Shown here one piece after another: positions 1-11,660 of a DNA stretch of 64,000 nt. This stretch comes from Escherichia coli. GTDB lineage: Bacteria; Pseudomonadota; Gammaproteobacteria; Enterobacterales; Enterobacteriaceae. Each line of letters starts with the position of its first letter. Within the stretch, counting starts at the first letter, position 1. The DNA lies in assembly GCF_041886205.1 (NCBI RefSeq), contig NZ_CP169029.1. One strand, written 5' to 3'. Made by a program: the position numbers and the translations under genes. The notes under the pieces are model-generated. The model did not search any database. It saw only the letters and a program-made list of their open reading frames with translations, and was not told where the DNA came from.

Positions 1-212
1 TCGCTGACCCACAGGCGATAGTTGATGGTATCCGCCACGCCGTAAGGCACGATGCCGAGCGCCAGCAGTAATTCCACCGGCAACCACTCCAGCGCCACAA
101 TACGATTGGGATCAATAGCCACCGCGTGGGCGGTATTAATCTGCCATAACAACGGAGAAAGCGCCATCGCCGTTAACAGTCGACGGCGCGAAATAAGAGG
201 TAAGCCGCTCAT
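1..212 (-). CDS. fhuD: Ferric hydroxamate ABC transporter periplasmic binding protein FhuD, N-terminal part (3-prime end lies beyond window start)
   Basis: Minus-strand ATG at 210-212 reads MSGLPLISRR, the FhuD N-terminus as recalled; overlaps fhuC stop (ATGA); synteny fhuA-fhuC-fhuD. Confidence 0.85.
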   Translation of the reverse strand, partial: MSGLPLISRRRLLTAMALSPLLWQINTAHAVAIDPNRIVALEWLPVELLLALGIVPYGVADTINYRLWVS

Positions 213-1009
213 CAATAAACAAAACTCACAGGTGCAGCACCCGCCGGATGCGGCAAAATACCCATCGGGATGCCATAAATCATTTCGAGGGTTTCGCCGC
301 GCATAATTTCCGCAGGCGTTCCCTGAGCAATCATTTCACCACCGCGCAGGGCGACCAGATAATCACAGTAGCGTGCCGCCATATTGATATCGTGCAGCAC
401 GGCAATGACCGTCAGGCCACGTTTCTGACTTAAACGGTGCACCAGCGCCAGCACATCAACCTGGTGGGCGATATCCAGCGCCGAAGTCGGTTCGTCGAGC
501 AACAGACAACGGCTATCCTGCGCCACCAGCATGGCGATCCACGCCCGTTGACGTTCGCCGCCAGAGAGACTATCGACCAGCCGATGCGCCAGCGGTTTTA
601 AGCCAACCAGCGAGATAGCTTCCTCGACTTTTTCGCGATCTGCCGCACCAAAGCGCCCCAGCGCGCCATGCCATGGGTAACGACCAATCGCTACCAGTTC
701 ACGCACGGTCATCCCTTCTGCCGGAGGAAGCTGCTGCGGCAAATAAGCCACTTTGCGGGCAAACGCTTTGCTGCTCCAGCTTTCCAGCGGTTGGGCATCA
801 AGAAGAATCTCCCCTTCCGACGGCGGCTGATGACGGCCAAGCATTTTGAGCAGAGTGGATTTACCAGAACCGTTGTGACCAATCAGACCGGTCACTTTCC
901 CGGCAGGAAAGGTTAACGACAGCGGATGCAAAAGCGTGCGCCCGGGCACACGAAAGGAGATATTACGCAGTGCAAAAGTGGTATCGGAATGATTCGTGTA
1001 TTCCTGCAT
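212..1009 (-). CDS. fhuC: Ferric hydroxamate ABC transporter ATP-binding protein FhuC
   Basis: ORF 212..1051 translation; start refined to the internal Met of MQEYTNHSDTTFALRN (cat at 1007-1009); Walker A GHNGSGKST and signature LSGGERQR present. Confidence 0.95.
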   Translation of the reverse strand: MQEYTNHSDTTFALRNISFRVPGRTLLHPLSLTFPAGKVTGLIGHNGSGKSTLLKMLGRHQPPSEGEILLDAQPLESWSSKAFARKVAYLPQQLPPAEGMTVRELVAIGRYPWHGALGRFGAADREKVEEAISLVGLKPLAHRLVDSLSGGERQRAWIAMLVAQDSRCLLLDEPTSALDIAHQVDVLALVHRLSQKRGLTVIAVLHDINMAARYCDYLVALRGGEMIAQGTPAEIMRGETLEMIYGIPMGILPHPAGAAPVSFVY

Positions 1010-1059
1010 AACAGCCAACTTGTGAAATGGGCACGGAAATCCGTGCCCCAAAAGAGAAA

Positions 1060-3303
1060 TTAGAAACGGAAGGTTGCGGTTGCAACGACCTGACGTTCTG
1101 CGCCCCAGAAGCAGCCATAAGTGTTAAAGCAGCTGGCGACGTATTCACGATCGAACAGGTTGTTGACATGCAGCGCCACGTTGGAGCCCGCCATGCCGAC
1201 TCGCGCCAGATCATAACGCACTAACGCATCCACGACCGTATAACTTCCCACTTTAAAGGAGTTAGCCGGATCACCATAGCTGGAGCCAGTATAACGACCA
1301 CCGGTGCCCAGCGTCAGACCTGAAAGTGGACCGTCAAAGAAGGTATAGTCAGCCCACAGCGAAGCCATGTGTTTTGGCACCTGTGCAGGCGTATTTCCTT
1401 TGTAGTTGGTGTCAGTGGTGTATTCCGCGTCGGTGTAGGTGTAAGAACCGACTACGTTAACACTCGCCGATAGTGCCGCTTTCGCTTCCAGCTCTACGCC
1501 ACGCGCACGAATCTCACCGCCTTCAACCGAGAAGAAGGAACCCTCAGGGTCCGCCATCAGGTTGTTGGTTTTAGTGAGATTATACACGGCACCAGTAACT
1601 ACAATCGGACGATCTTCCGGTACATATTTCACACCGACTTCATACTGCTTACCCTTAGACGGTGCGAAAATATTACCATCCTTCCCAACTTGCGAAGAAG
1701 GTTCAAACGATTCGCTATAGCTAAAGTAAGGTGTTACGCCATTATCAAACAGGTAGTTAACACCACCACGCCAGGTAAACTGTTTGTCATCACGTTTATC
1801 GGTCGTCCCGGCAACGCGGTTAAGAGATTCTTGATCTGCCCAGTCATAACGACCGCCCAGGGTTACCAGCACTTTATCCCACTGCGCCTGATCCTGAACA
1901 TAAACGCCCGTTTGTTTCTGTTTATTCAGAATGCGGTAAGGGCCGGAGTTTGCCGGATCTTTGGCATTGAAGTCGAAATCGGTATTCACCGGATTGTACA
2001 GATTGAGCAGTGGCACAGAGTCGTCGTAACCAAACCAGGCGTTGATGTCATTACGCATACGCATAAAGTCGACACCGGTCAACAGGGTGTGGTCGATATC
2101 GCCAGTGGCAAACTTGCTCTGCAACTGGGTATCAACGGAGAAGTTTTGCAGCTTCTCATCATCAACGACGTATTTACGTGCCAGATAATGGCCTTTATCC
2201 GCTGGCGCTAATGCCGCACACTGTTTGCTGTAAGCATTCGCCGGATCGGAGCAGACGCCGTAACCATAAACGCTGTTTTGCGAGGTTTTGTTTTCAGCAA
2301 AGCGCAGGTTCTGACGCACAGTAAAGGTGTCGTTAAATTCGTGATCGAAGCTGTAGCCGACCATCTTCTCATTACGAGAATAGGTGTTGTTCTTCGCCCC
2401 TTCATTAAAGTCTGTCGGCAGACGCTTACCGTTCGGCAGCGGCTCAACGGTTCCCTCTTTCGGCAACCAGCCGTAATAACCGGTTTCCGGCTCGTTCTGG
2501 AAGTAAGAAAGGAAGGTGAAATTGGTTTTATCATCCGGACGCCAGGTGAACGCCGGTGCAATAGCATAACGCTGCTCTTCTGACCCTTTCTGCTGGGCAT
2601 TGGCAGAACGCGCAAGACCGGTCAGGCGATAAGAGTAAACGCCGTCATCATCCAGCGCATCGCTAAAGTCAAAACCAGTCTGGAACAGGCTGTCAGTACC
2701 GGCTTTAAACTGAACTTCTTTGAGCGGTTCGGTGGTCGGACGCTTGCTGACCATATTCAACAGACCGCCAGGACTACTTTTACCGTAAAGCACGGAAACC
2801 GGGCCACGCATAATTTCAGCGCGTTCCAGCATATACGGATCAATGACCGCATCGTTATAGAAGTTGCCCTGCAACTTCAGGCCATTCAGATAGTTATTCT
2901 GGCTTTGGCCTTCTGCCGCAAAACCGCGAATGATCAGGTGGTCATAGGTGTTGGATGCGCCACGCGTACCAACAGAGACACCCGGCGTGTAGCTAAGCGC
3001 TTCTTTTACCGACTTCGGCTGATGCAGCGCCATCTCTTCGGCGGTCACAACAGAAATAGACTGTGGCACTTTTTGAATCGGCGTATCGGTTTTAGTGCCG
3101 GTAGCTGACTGTCGCGCCGCAATAGTTGCAGCAGGCCCCCATGCGCTTTCTTGCGGCGCAGGTGCAGCGGTAACGGTGATAGTGTCTTCTTTCGGTTCAA
3201 CCGCTGCCTGTGCATAAACAGACATGCCGCTAACCGCTGTGGCTACTACAACTGCGATTTTACGCAGTGAGTGTTTTGGCTGAGCAGTTTTGGAACGCGC
3301 CAT
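1060..3303 (-). CDS. fhuA: Ferrichrome outer-membrane TonB-dependent receptor FhuA
   Basis: 747-aa ORF with signal peptide, TonB box region and C-terminal beta-barrel ending ATFRF; length matches FhuA. Confidence 0.96.
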   Translation of the reverse strand: MARSKTAQPKHSLRKIAVVVATAVSGMSVYAQAAVEPKEDTITVTAAPAPQESAWGPAATIAARQSATGTKTDTPIQKVPQSISVVTAEEMALHQPKSVKEALSYTPGVSVGTRGASNTYDHLIIRGFAAEGQSQNNYLNGLKLQGNFYNDAVIDPYMLERAEIMRGPVSVLYGKSSPGGLLNMVSKRPTTEPLKEVQFKAGTDSLFQTGFDFSDALDDDGVYSYRLTGLARSANAQQKGSEEQRYAIAPAFTWRPDDKTNFTFLSYFQNEPETGYYGWLPKEGTVEPLPNGKRLPTDFNEGAKNNTYSRNEKMVGYSFDHEFNDTFTVRQNLRFAENKTSQNSVYGYGVCSDPANAYSKQCAALAPADKGHYLARKYVVDDEKLQNFSVDTQLQSKFATGDIDHTLLTGVDFMRMRNDINAWFGYDDSVPLLNLYNPVNTDFDFNAKDPANSGPYRILNKQKQTGVYVQDQAQWDKVLVTLGGRYDWADQESLNRVAGTTDKRDDKQFTWRGGVNYLFDNGVTPYFSYSESFEPSSQVGKDGNIFAPSKGKQYEVGVKYVPEDRPIVVTGAVYNLTKTNNLMADPEGSFFSVEGGEIRARGVELEAKAALSASVNVVGSYTYTDAEYTTDTNYKGNTPAQVPKHMASLWADYTFFDGPLSGLTLGTGGRYTGSSYGDPANSFKVGSYTVVDALVRYDLARVGMAGSNVALHVNNLFDREYVASCFNTYGCFWGAERQVVATATFRF

Positions 3304-3339
3304 TGGTATATCTCTGATGTAAAGTGAATGATAACGTAA

Positions 3340-3372
3340 ACGAGAATGATTATTATAAAGATAAGATAATAT
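3340..3372 (-). promoter_or_regulatory. Putative Fur box in fhuA promoter region
   Basis: Minus-strand reading contains ATAATAATCATTCTC, close to the Fur consensus GATAATGATAATCATTATC, about 40-70 bp upstream of the fhuA start. Confidence 0.5.
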
Positions 3373-3481
3373 TCGAAACGCTGGCGGGTTCGCAAGCGGT
3401 ACGCAATCTGAGCGTTCCTGAAGGGTTAATAAACAACCAGATGAAAAGAAAGGGTTAATACTTTGGGTGGGATGTTATTTT

Positions 3482-3506
3482 ACCGGATGGCAACTCGCCA
3501 TCCGGT
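3482..3506. other. Perfect 10-bp stem hairpin (accggatggc/gccatccggt) just downstream of mrcB; possible terminator but lacks a clear T-run
   Basis: Inverted repeat read directly from sequence. Confidence 0.3.
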
Positions 3507-3522
3507 ATTTCACGCTTAGACG

Positions 3523-6057
3523 TTAATTACTACCAAACATATCTTTAATCCAACCGGCTACACCGTCGCTGTCTTTCTGCTCTTGCTGAGCAGGTTGCTG
3601 TTGCGGCTGTTGCTGCGGCTGAGAAGACTGATCAAACGGATTGCTTGACGGCTGCTGCTGCATCTCACTCTGCTGGCACAGCGATTGCGGATCGCTGGTC
3701 CAGACCGGCAAGACACGCATGCCACCGCTGCAAACAAAGTTGCCGTCGTAGTCCACGCCCATATCTGCAATATCTTCTGGCGGAACAAGATTCAGCGGTG
3801 TTGGCGTCTGGTTAGCCAGATAACGCTGATAAATCGACATTGCCCCGCTGGCTCCATACAGTTTGGTCGGCTGGTTGTTATCACGGCCTACCCAGGTGAT
3901 GGTCACCGTGCTGCCGTCAATGCCCGCAAACCAGGTATCTACGTTATTGTTAGTAGTCCCTGTTTTCCCTGCCAGATGCAGGTTCGGGTATTTCGCCCCA
4001 AGCTGACGACCCGTACCGCGTTGTACCACCTGCTGCATGGTCCATAGTGTCAGATACGCCGCCTGCGCCGGAACAGCGCGTTCCGCCTGCGGGAAGCTCT
4101 GATACAGCACTTTGCCATCTTCCGCGATTACCGAACGCAGCGCAGAAAGCGGTGCACGGTTACCGCCGCTGGCGATGGTCTGGAATGCCTGCGCCACTTC
4201 GATTGGCGTTAAGTTCAACGCCCCCAGCAGCATCGCCGGAACCGGATGCAGCTGATCTTTCGGCACGCCCAGTTTGATCCAGGTCTCCGTAACCGCAGGC
4301 AGCCCCAGTGCCATCCCCAGATTTACCGTCGGCACGTTCATCGAACGGGTCAACGCATCCACCAGCATCACTCTGCCACTTTCGCTATAACGACGATCAT
4401 CGTTCTGCGGTGACCAGACCTGGCCATTCGGCTGACGCAGCGCGATTGGCGCATCCGCAATCCACGTGTTCAGGCGATAGATTTTCGGCTGGCTTAAGGC
4501 AGTCAGATAAGTCGCTGGTTTTGCAAGGGAACCAATCGAACGACGCGCCTGCATCGCACGGTTGTAGCCCGCAAACTGCGGCTCAGAACCTCCGACCATC
4601 GCACGAACTTCACCACTAAAGCGGTCGACGACCACAATCGCGGTTTCCAGATCGCTCAGCTTACGCTGTTTCTTCAGTGCCGGAATGCCTTCCACGGCGG
4701 CTTTTTCTGCCGCGTCCTGGGCCACCGAGTCAAAGGTAGTGAAGATCTTCACGCCGGACAGATCTTTTACCTTATCGCCTAATTTCTCCTGCAACTCCTG
4801 ACGCACCAGTTGCATAAAGGCTGGCTGTGGAGAGATTACCCCACCGCGCGGCTGTACGCCCAGAGGACGCGCGCTGAGCATTTCATACAGTTCACCATCG
4901 ATAATCTGCTGTTGTTGTAGCAAACGCAGCACCAGATTACGTCGCTCCAGCGCCAGTTTCGGGTTACGCCACGGGTTGTAGATGGACGCCCCTTTCACCA
5001 TGCCAACTAACAGCGCCTGCTGGTCAAGGCTCAACTCTTCTACCGGGCGACCAAAGTAGTACAGGCTCGCCAGCGGGAAGCCACGAATTTCGTTGTCGCC
5101 GCTCTGACCGAGATACACCTCATTCATATACAGCTCAAGAATGCGATCTTTGCTGTAACGCGCATCCATGATCAACGCCATATAGGCTTCGTTCGCTTTA
5201 CGCCAGTAAGAGCGCTCGCTGGAGAGGAACAGGTTTTTCACCAGCTGTTGCGTCAGCGTACTCGCACCCTGCACCGTGCGACCTGCGGTCAGGTTTGCCA
5301 GCACCGCACGTCCGATGGAGTAGAGACTGATTCCATCATGCTCGTAGAAATGGCGGTCTTCTGTCGCCAGCAAAGTATCCACCAGCAAATCCGGGAAACC
5401 ACTGCGCGGCACAAACAAACGCTGCTCACCGTTTGGTGAGGAGATCATGGTGATCAGGCGCGGATCAAGACGGAAGAAACCGAACTGACGGTTGTTCTCC
5501 ATATTGACGATCGTCGCCAGATGATCGCCATCAAAGGTCAGACGCGCGCGCACCTGTCCTTCTTTACTGTCCGGGAAATCAAACGGACGGCGAATCATCT
5601 CAATGCTGTTGGCCTGCACGGTAAATTCGCCAGGACGGGTCATTTTTGACACCTGACGATACTGGGTTGCCTCCAGCAGCTTCACCATCTCGTTCTTGCT
5701 GATGGTCATGTCTGGCTCAAGGTTGACCATTCGGCCATAAACTGCCGCAGGCAGTTGCCAGACCTTGCCATCAATACGGCTGCGAATTTTTTGATCGAGA
5801 TAAACGCCGTAAATGGCGATCAGCACGGCAAAAACGATAGCCAGTTTTAACAGCAGCCATAGCCAGCCGCGTTTGCCACGAGGCTTACGCCCTTTGCCTT
5901 TGCCCTTACCTTTGCGCGGCATCGGTTCTTCATCCTCATAGTCATCATAATCGTCGTAATCATCGTCATCTTCGTAACGACGACGGCTTACCTTTTGTTT
6001 GACCGGACGCGTCGGTTTCCCTTTGCGTCCAATTGGCTCGCGGTCATTCCCGGCCAT
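3523..6057 (-). CDS. mrcB: Penicillin-binding protein 1B (bifunctional glycosyltransferase/transpeptidase)
   Basis: ORF 3523..6072; start refined to [10 protein letters not shown] (cat at 6055-6057); acidic [15 protein letters not shown] tract then TM segment; 844 aa. Confidence 0.95.
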   Translation of the reverse strand: MAGNDREPIGRKGKPTRPVKQKVSRRRYEDDDDYDDYDDYEDEEPMPRKGKGKGKGRKPRGKRGWLWLLLKLAIVFAVLIAIYGVYLDQKIRSRIDGKVWQLPAAVYGRMVNLEPDMTISKNEMVKLLEATQYRQVSKMTRPGEFTVQANSIEMIRRPFDFPDSKEGQVRARLTFDGDHLATIVNMENNRQFGFFRLDPRLITMISSPNGEQRLFVPRSGFPDLLVDTLLATEDRHFYEHDGISLYSIGRAVLANLTAGRTVQGASTLTQQLVKNLFLSSERSYWRKANEAYMALIMDARYSKDRILELYMNEVYLGQSGDNEIRGFPLASLYYFGRPVEELSLDQQALLVGMVKGASIYNPWRNPKLALERRNLVLRLLQQQQIIDGELYEMLSARPLGVQPRGGVISPQPAFMQLVRQELQEKLGDKVKDLSGVKIFTTFDSVAQDAAEKAAVEGIPALKKQRKLSDLETAIVVVDRFSGEVRAMVGGSEPQFAGYNRAMQARRSIGSLAKPATYLTALSQPKIYRLNTWIADAPIALRQPNGQVWSPQNDDRRYSESGRVMLVDALTRSMNVPTVNLGMALGLPAVTETWIKLGVPKDQLHPVPAMLLGALNLTPIEVAQAFQTIASGGNRAPLSALRSVIAEDGKVLYQSFPQAERAVPAQAAYLTLWTMQQVVQRGTGRQLGAKYPNLHLAGKTGTTNNNVDTWFAGIDGSTVTITWVGRDNNQPTKLYGASGAMSIYQRYLANQTPTPLNLVPPEDIADMGVDYDGNFVCSGGMRVLPVWTSDPQSLCQQSEMQQQPSSNPFDQSSQPQQQPQQQPAQQEQKDSDGVAGWIKDMFGSN

Positions 6058-6152
6058 GCTTTTTCTCCGCAATATTCAGGCGCAAAAGCCCGATTTTCTG
6101 TTCTTCTGTTACAAGACAGAAGAAGATATCTCTCAAAATTTGTGCTCGATCG

Positions 6153-6239
6153 GTCCCCTCTCCCTTAAGGGAGAGGGTTAGGGTGAGGGTGAACGTGCGC
6201 GCTGATGCCCTCACCCCGGCCCTCTCCCACAGGGAGAGG
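6153..6239. repeat. GC-rich intergenic repeat with three nested hairpins (ccctctccc/gggagaggg twice, flanking gggtgaggg/ccctcaccc); boxC-like
   Basis: Inverted repeats read directly from sequence between hrpB stop and mrcB start; family name from memory. Confidence 0.5.
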
Positions 6240-6252
6240 GAGAAAACCAACC

Positions 6253-8682
6253 TTACGAATACTTTTTCGTCCGTCGCGTCGGTGCCGTGTTTGCCGGGTC
6301 GTCCGGCCAGACATGTTTGGGATAACGCCCTTTCATCTCTTTTTGCACCTCACGGTACGCTCCTTTCCAGAAGGCGCTCAAATCTCGTGTGATTTGTAAT
6401 GGCCTTTGGGCAGGGGAAAGCAACTCCAGCACCAGCGGCACGCGCCCCTGGGCGATCGTCGGATTGGTGGCCTCACCAAACATCTCCTGCATTCTCACCG
6501 CCAGCGCGGGCGGGTTATCTTCATGATAACGAATGGCGATCCGGCTTCCCGTCGGCACAGTGTAATGCGCAGGCAATTCACTATCCAGACGTTGCTGCAT
6601 TCCCCAATCAAGTAATCCGCGTAGTGCCTGATAAATGTCGAGTGATTTCAGGCCGCGTAGTGAATGCACGCCGGTCATATGTGGCAGCAGCCACGTTTCC
6701 AGCGTCGCCAACAAACTTTCATTATCAACCGCAGGCCAGTCATATTCCGGCAACCACTTTGCGGCGCATAACAAACGCAAGCGTAGCTGTTCCGCTTCCG
6801 CCGTCCAGTTGAGCACGCTTAAACCTTTATCACTAATGCCGTTAAGCATCGCCTGATGCAACTCGTCTTCTGACGGTTTCGCCAGTGGCTGCACTTTCAC
6901 CGTCAGCTGACCGATTTGCAGCCGACGCCAGGCTTTCAGCGTACCTTGCGCGTCATCCCACTCCACAGTGTCAGACTGCTGTACCAGCTGCGGGCAGCGT
7001 TGTACTAACTCATCAATATCGACCGGCAGCGCCAGTAAAATCCGCGCATCCGGCGAGGCGCTGCCCTGCAATAATAACGGTGCGATCAACCATTCGTGGC
7101 GGCTTAGCGCATCGTCGGCATCGAGCATCGCTCCCATGCCGTTTGCCAGTTGATAGCGTCCATCTTGCCCACGGCGATGAGCAATGCGATCGGCAAACGC
7201 CCCGGCAAGTAGCGGCGCGATAAGCGAACTGTCTGCCTCTCCGCCGCGTACGTTTAAGCGTTTTAACAGTTGCTGACTACGTTGCTGCCAGGCTGGTTGA
7301 TTGCGCGAAAACGCCACGCCCAGGTCACTATTGCCCATCCGTGGCGGCTCTTCGAGAATGGCGGCAATTTTTGCCGCGGTAGCAGCTTCGTCGTCGTTCT
7401 TTGCGCTAACCAGCATTGCCGCTAAACGCGGATCGTTACCCAGCGCTGCCATTTTTTGCCCCTGCGCACTAAGCCGTTCACCGTCCAGCGCCCCCAGCAT
7501 CTTTAACAGGCGTTTCGCGGCCAGTAAATTCACTGCTGGCGGTTGATCCAGCCAGCTCATCTGCGCCGGATCGCTGCATCCCCATTGCAGTAATTCCATC
7601 AGCAAACCGGAAAGATCGCTTTGTAAGATCTCCGGTTCACTTTGCGCGGCAGCGCGTTCTGCTTGTTCTTTGGCGATTAAATGCAGGCTGATACCCGGCT
7701 CCAGACGCCCGGCGCGCCCGGCACGCTGCGTCATCGACGCCTGACTGATTCGCTGAGTAATCAACCGCGTAAGCCCTGTTCGCGGATCAAAACGCGCCAC
7801 CCTTTCCTGGGCACAATCCACCACCAGACGAATACCTTCGATGGTTAAACTGGTTTCAGCAATATTGGTCGCCAGCACCACTTTGCGCATCCCTTGCGGT
7901 GCCGGAAGGATCGCTTTTCGCTGATCGTTCAGCGACAACGCGCCATACAGCGGGCAGAGCAACACATCACTGCCGATACGCGAAGCCAGTTGTTCCTGCA
8001 CACGCTGAATTTCTCCGACGCCTGGTAAAAATAACAGTAATGATCCACTTTCCTGACGCAGCATTTCAGCGGTGGCTACCGCAACGGCTTCGTCAAAACG
8101 CTGATGCGCGGGCAGCGGTAAATAACGGCGTTCAACCGGAAACGAGCGCCCTTCTGAGATGACGACGGGCGCTTCTGGTAGCATTTGTTGCAAGCGGTCG
8201 TTGTCCAGCGTAGCCGACATAATCAGCAGTTTAAGGTCATCACGCAGACCTTGTTGCACATCGAGTAACAGCGCCAACGCCAAATCCGCCTGCAAGCTAC
8301 GCTCATGAAATTCATCAAGGATCACCAATCCAACACCGCTCAACTCCGGGTCACGCTGGATCATCCGCGTCAGCACGCCTTCGGTAACTACTTCCAGGCG
8401 GGTATTCGGCCCGACGCAGTTTTGCGCACGCATCCGGTAGCCAACGGTATCGCCTGGCTTTTCGTTAAGCAGCTCCGCCAGCCGTTGCGCGACGTTACGC
8501 GCCGCCAGACGACGCGGCTCCAGCAGGATAATTTTCCCGTTAATGCCGGGATGCGCCAGCAGTTGCAGCGGCAGCCAGGTTGATTTCCCGGCCCCGGTCG
8601 GCGCACTTAATAATACCTGCGGCGCATAATCGAGAGCGGTAAGTAATTCAGGTAAGACGGCAGCAACGGGCAACGACGACAC
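6253..8682 (-). CDS. hrpB: ATP-dependent DEAH-box RNA helicase HrpB
   Basis: ORF 6253..8727; start refined to GTG at 8680-8682 giving MSSLPVAAVLPELL and 809 aa; helicase motifs APTGAGKST, DEFH, SATL. Confidence 0.92.
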   Translation of the reverse strand: MSSLPVAAVLPELLTALDYAPQVLLSAPTGAGKSTWLPLQLLAHPGINGKIILLEPRRLAARNVAQRLAELLNEKPGDTVGYRMRAQNCVGPNTRLEVVTEGVLTRMIQRDPELSGVGLVILDEFHERSLQADLALALLLDVQQGLRDDLKLLIMSATLDNDRLQQMLPEAPVVISEGRSFPVERRYLPLPAHQRFDEAVAVATAEMLRQESGSLLLFLPGVGEIQRVQEQLASRIGSDVLLCPLYGALSLNDQRKAILPAPQGMRKVVLATNIAETSLTIEGIRLVVDCAQERVARFDPRTGLTRLITQRISQASMTQRAGRAGRLEPGISLHLIAKEQAERAAAQSEPEILQSDLSGLLMELLQWGCSDPAQMSWLDQPPAVNLLAAKRLLKMLGALDGERLSAQGQKMAALGNDPRLAAMLVSAKNDDEAATAAKIAAILEEPPRMGNSDLGVAFSRNQPAWQQRSQQLLKRLNVRGGEADSSLIAPLLAGAFADRIAHRRGQDGRYQLANGMGAMLDADDALSRHEWLIAPLLLQGSASPDARILLALPVDIDELVQRCPQLVQQSDTVEWDDAQGTLKAWRRLQIGQLTVKVQPLAKPSEDELHQAMLNGISDKGLSVLNWTAEAEQLRLRLLCAAKWLPEYDWPAVDNESLLATLETWLLPHMTGVHSLRGLKSLDIYQALRGLLDWGMQQRLDSELPAHYTVPTGSRIAIRYHEDNPPALAVRMQEMFGEATNPTIAQGRVPLVLELLSPAQRPLQITRDLSAFWKGAYREVQKEMKGRYPKHVWPDDPANTAPTRRTKKYS

Positions 8683-8755
8683 AAAACGCTCCAGAGGGTT
8701 AACATTCTTCGCGCCACATTGTAGCATCGCGGTAATTCATAACCGAGTGCCTCAC

Positions 8756-10005
<1,250 letters not shown>

Positions 10006-10182
10006 TAAAGTAAGTAACTGGTTAATTTACATTCTGGTCGCGTGCGCAAATACGCTTTTCCTCACACAGTTGTCAAGTGTTACGTTTAGATAATTGCTAT
10101 CCGGAAAAGCATCTGCTATTTATAGCGGCCTCATTTTTCCCCCGAACATGGGGATCGATAGTGCGTGTTAAGGAGAAGCAAC

Positions 10183-10638
10183 ATGCAAGAAGGGCAAAAC
10201 CGTAAAACATCGTCCCTGAGTATTCTCGCCATCGCTGGGGTGGAACCATATCAGGAGAAGCCGGGCGAAGAGTATATGAATGAAGCCCAGCTGGCGCACT
10301 TCCGTCGTATTCTGGAAGCATGGCGTAATCAACTCAGGGATGAAGTCGATCGCACCGTTACACATATGCAGGATGAAGCAGCCAACTTCCCGGACCCGGT
10401 AGACCGTGCAGCCCAGGAAGAAGAGTTCAGCCTCGAACTGCGTAACCGCGATCGCGAGCGTAAGCTGATCAAAAAGATCGAGAAGACGCTGAAAAAAGTG
10501 GAAGACGAAGATTTCGGCTACTGCGAATCCTGCGGTGTTGAAATTGGTATTCGCCGTCTGGAAGCGCGCCCGACAGCCGATCTGTGCATCGACTGCAAAA
10601 CGCTGGCTGAAATTCGCGAAAAACAGATGGCTGGCTAA
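10183..10638 (+). CDS. dksA: RNA polymerase-binding transcription factor DksA
   Basis: ORF 10165..10638; start at ATG 10183 ([11 protein letters not shown]); C4 zinc finger [25 protein letters not shown]; 151 aa. Confidence 0.96.
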   Translation: MQEGQNRKTSSLSILAIAGVEPYQEKPGEEYMNEAQLAHFRRILEAWRNQLRDEVDRTVTHMQDEAANFPDPVDRAAQEEEFSLELRNRDRERKLIKKIEKTLKKVEDEDFGYCESCGVEIGIRRLEARPTADLCIDCKTLAEIREKQMAG

Positions 10639-10666
10639 TTACAGCCGTTCCATCACGTTTACCACA

Positions 10667-10694
10667 GGCGGGAAATGCTCCCGCCTTATTTTTT
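10667..10694 (+). terminator. Rho-independent terminator of dksA (stem ggcggga/tcccgcc followed by TTATTTTTT)
   Basis: Hairpin plus T-run read from sequence immediately after dksA stop and before gluQ start. Confidence 0.8.
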
Positions 10695-10704
10695 GTTCAA
10701 AGAG

Positions 10705-11601
10705 ATGACAGACACACACTATATTGGCCGCTTCGCCCCCTCTCCTTCCGGCGAGCTTCATTTTGGTTCTCTGATTGCTGCGCTTGGCAGCTATTTGCAG
10801 GCTCGCGCCCGGCAAGGTCGCTGGCTGGTACGCATAGAAGATATCGACCCGCCTCGTGAAGTTCCCGGTGCCGCAGAAACTATCCTGCGCCAGCTGGAAC
10901 ATTACGGCCTGCACTGGGACGGCGATGTTCTCTGGCAATCGCAACGTCACCACGCCTATCGCGAAGCACTCGCCTGGTTACATGAGCAAGGACTAAGTTA
11001 TTACTGCACCTGCACGCGTGCGCGTATTCAAAGCATTGGTGGTATTTACGACGGTCATTGCCGGGAATTGCATCATGGACCAGATAACGCCGCAGTGCGT
11101 ATCCGCCAGCAGCATCCGGTCACCCAGTTTACTGACCAGCTGCGCGGCATTATTCACGCCGAAGAAAAACTGGCGAGGGAAGATTTTATTATTCATCGCC
11201 GTGATGGTTTGTTTGCCTATAACCTGGCGGTGGTGGTGGATGATCACTTCCAGGGCGTGAGCGAAATTGTCCGCGGGGCAGATTTGATCGAACCGACAGT
11301 GCGGCAAATCTCGCTGTACCAGCTTTTTGGCTGGCAAGTGCCAGATTACATTCATCTGCCGCTGGCGCTTAATCCACAAGGCGCTAAACTTTCCAAGCAG
11401 AATCATGCGCCTGCGTTGCCGAAAGGCGATCCACGCCCGGTACTAATCGCGGCACTTCAATTTCTGGGGCAGCAGGCAGAAGCACACTGGCAGGATTTCA
11501 GCGTCGAGCAAATCCTTCAGTCAGCCGTCAAAAACTGGACGCTGACCGCCGTGCCTGAGTCGGCAATTGTAAATTCAACATTCTCAAATGCGTCATGCTG
11601 A
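10705..11601 (+). CDS. gluQ: Glutamyl-Q tRNA(Asp) synthetase (truncated GluRS paralog lacking anticodon-binding domain)
   Basis: ORF 10675..11601; start refined to ATG 10705 ([22 protein letters not shown], class I HxGx-type motif); 298 aa. Confidence 0.92.
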   Translation: MTDTHYIGRFAPSPSGELHFGSLIAALGSYLQARARQGRWLVRIEDIDPPREVPGAAETILRQLEHYGLHWDGDVLWQSQRHHAYREALAWLHEQGLSYYCTCTRARIQSIGGIYDGHCRELHHGPDNAAVRIRQQHPVTQFTDQLRGIIHAEEKLAREDFIIHRRDGLFAYNLAVVVDDHFQGVSEIVRGADLIEPTVRQISLYQLFGWQVPDYIHLPLALNPQGAKLSKQNHAPALPKGDPRPVLIAALQFLGQQAEAHWQDFSVEQILQSAVKNWTLTAVPESAIVNSTFSNASC

Positions 11602-11660
11602 GCTATGATTAGCCGCTATTTTTTTGTCCTGAATGATGTTTGACACTACCGAGGTGTACT

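Noticed and set aside
52-433. 84-aa and 61-aa plus-strand ORFs at the window start
   Set aside because: Overlap the fhuD/fhuC junction on the opposite strand; no SD; the minus-strand genes are clearly real.
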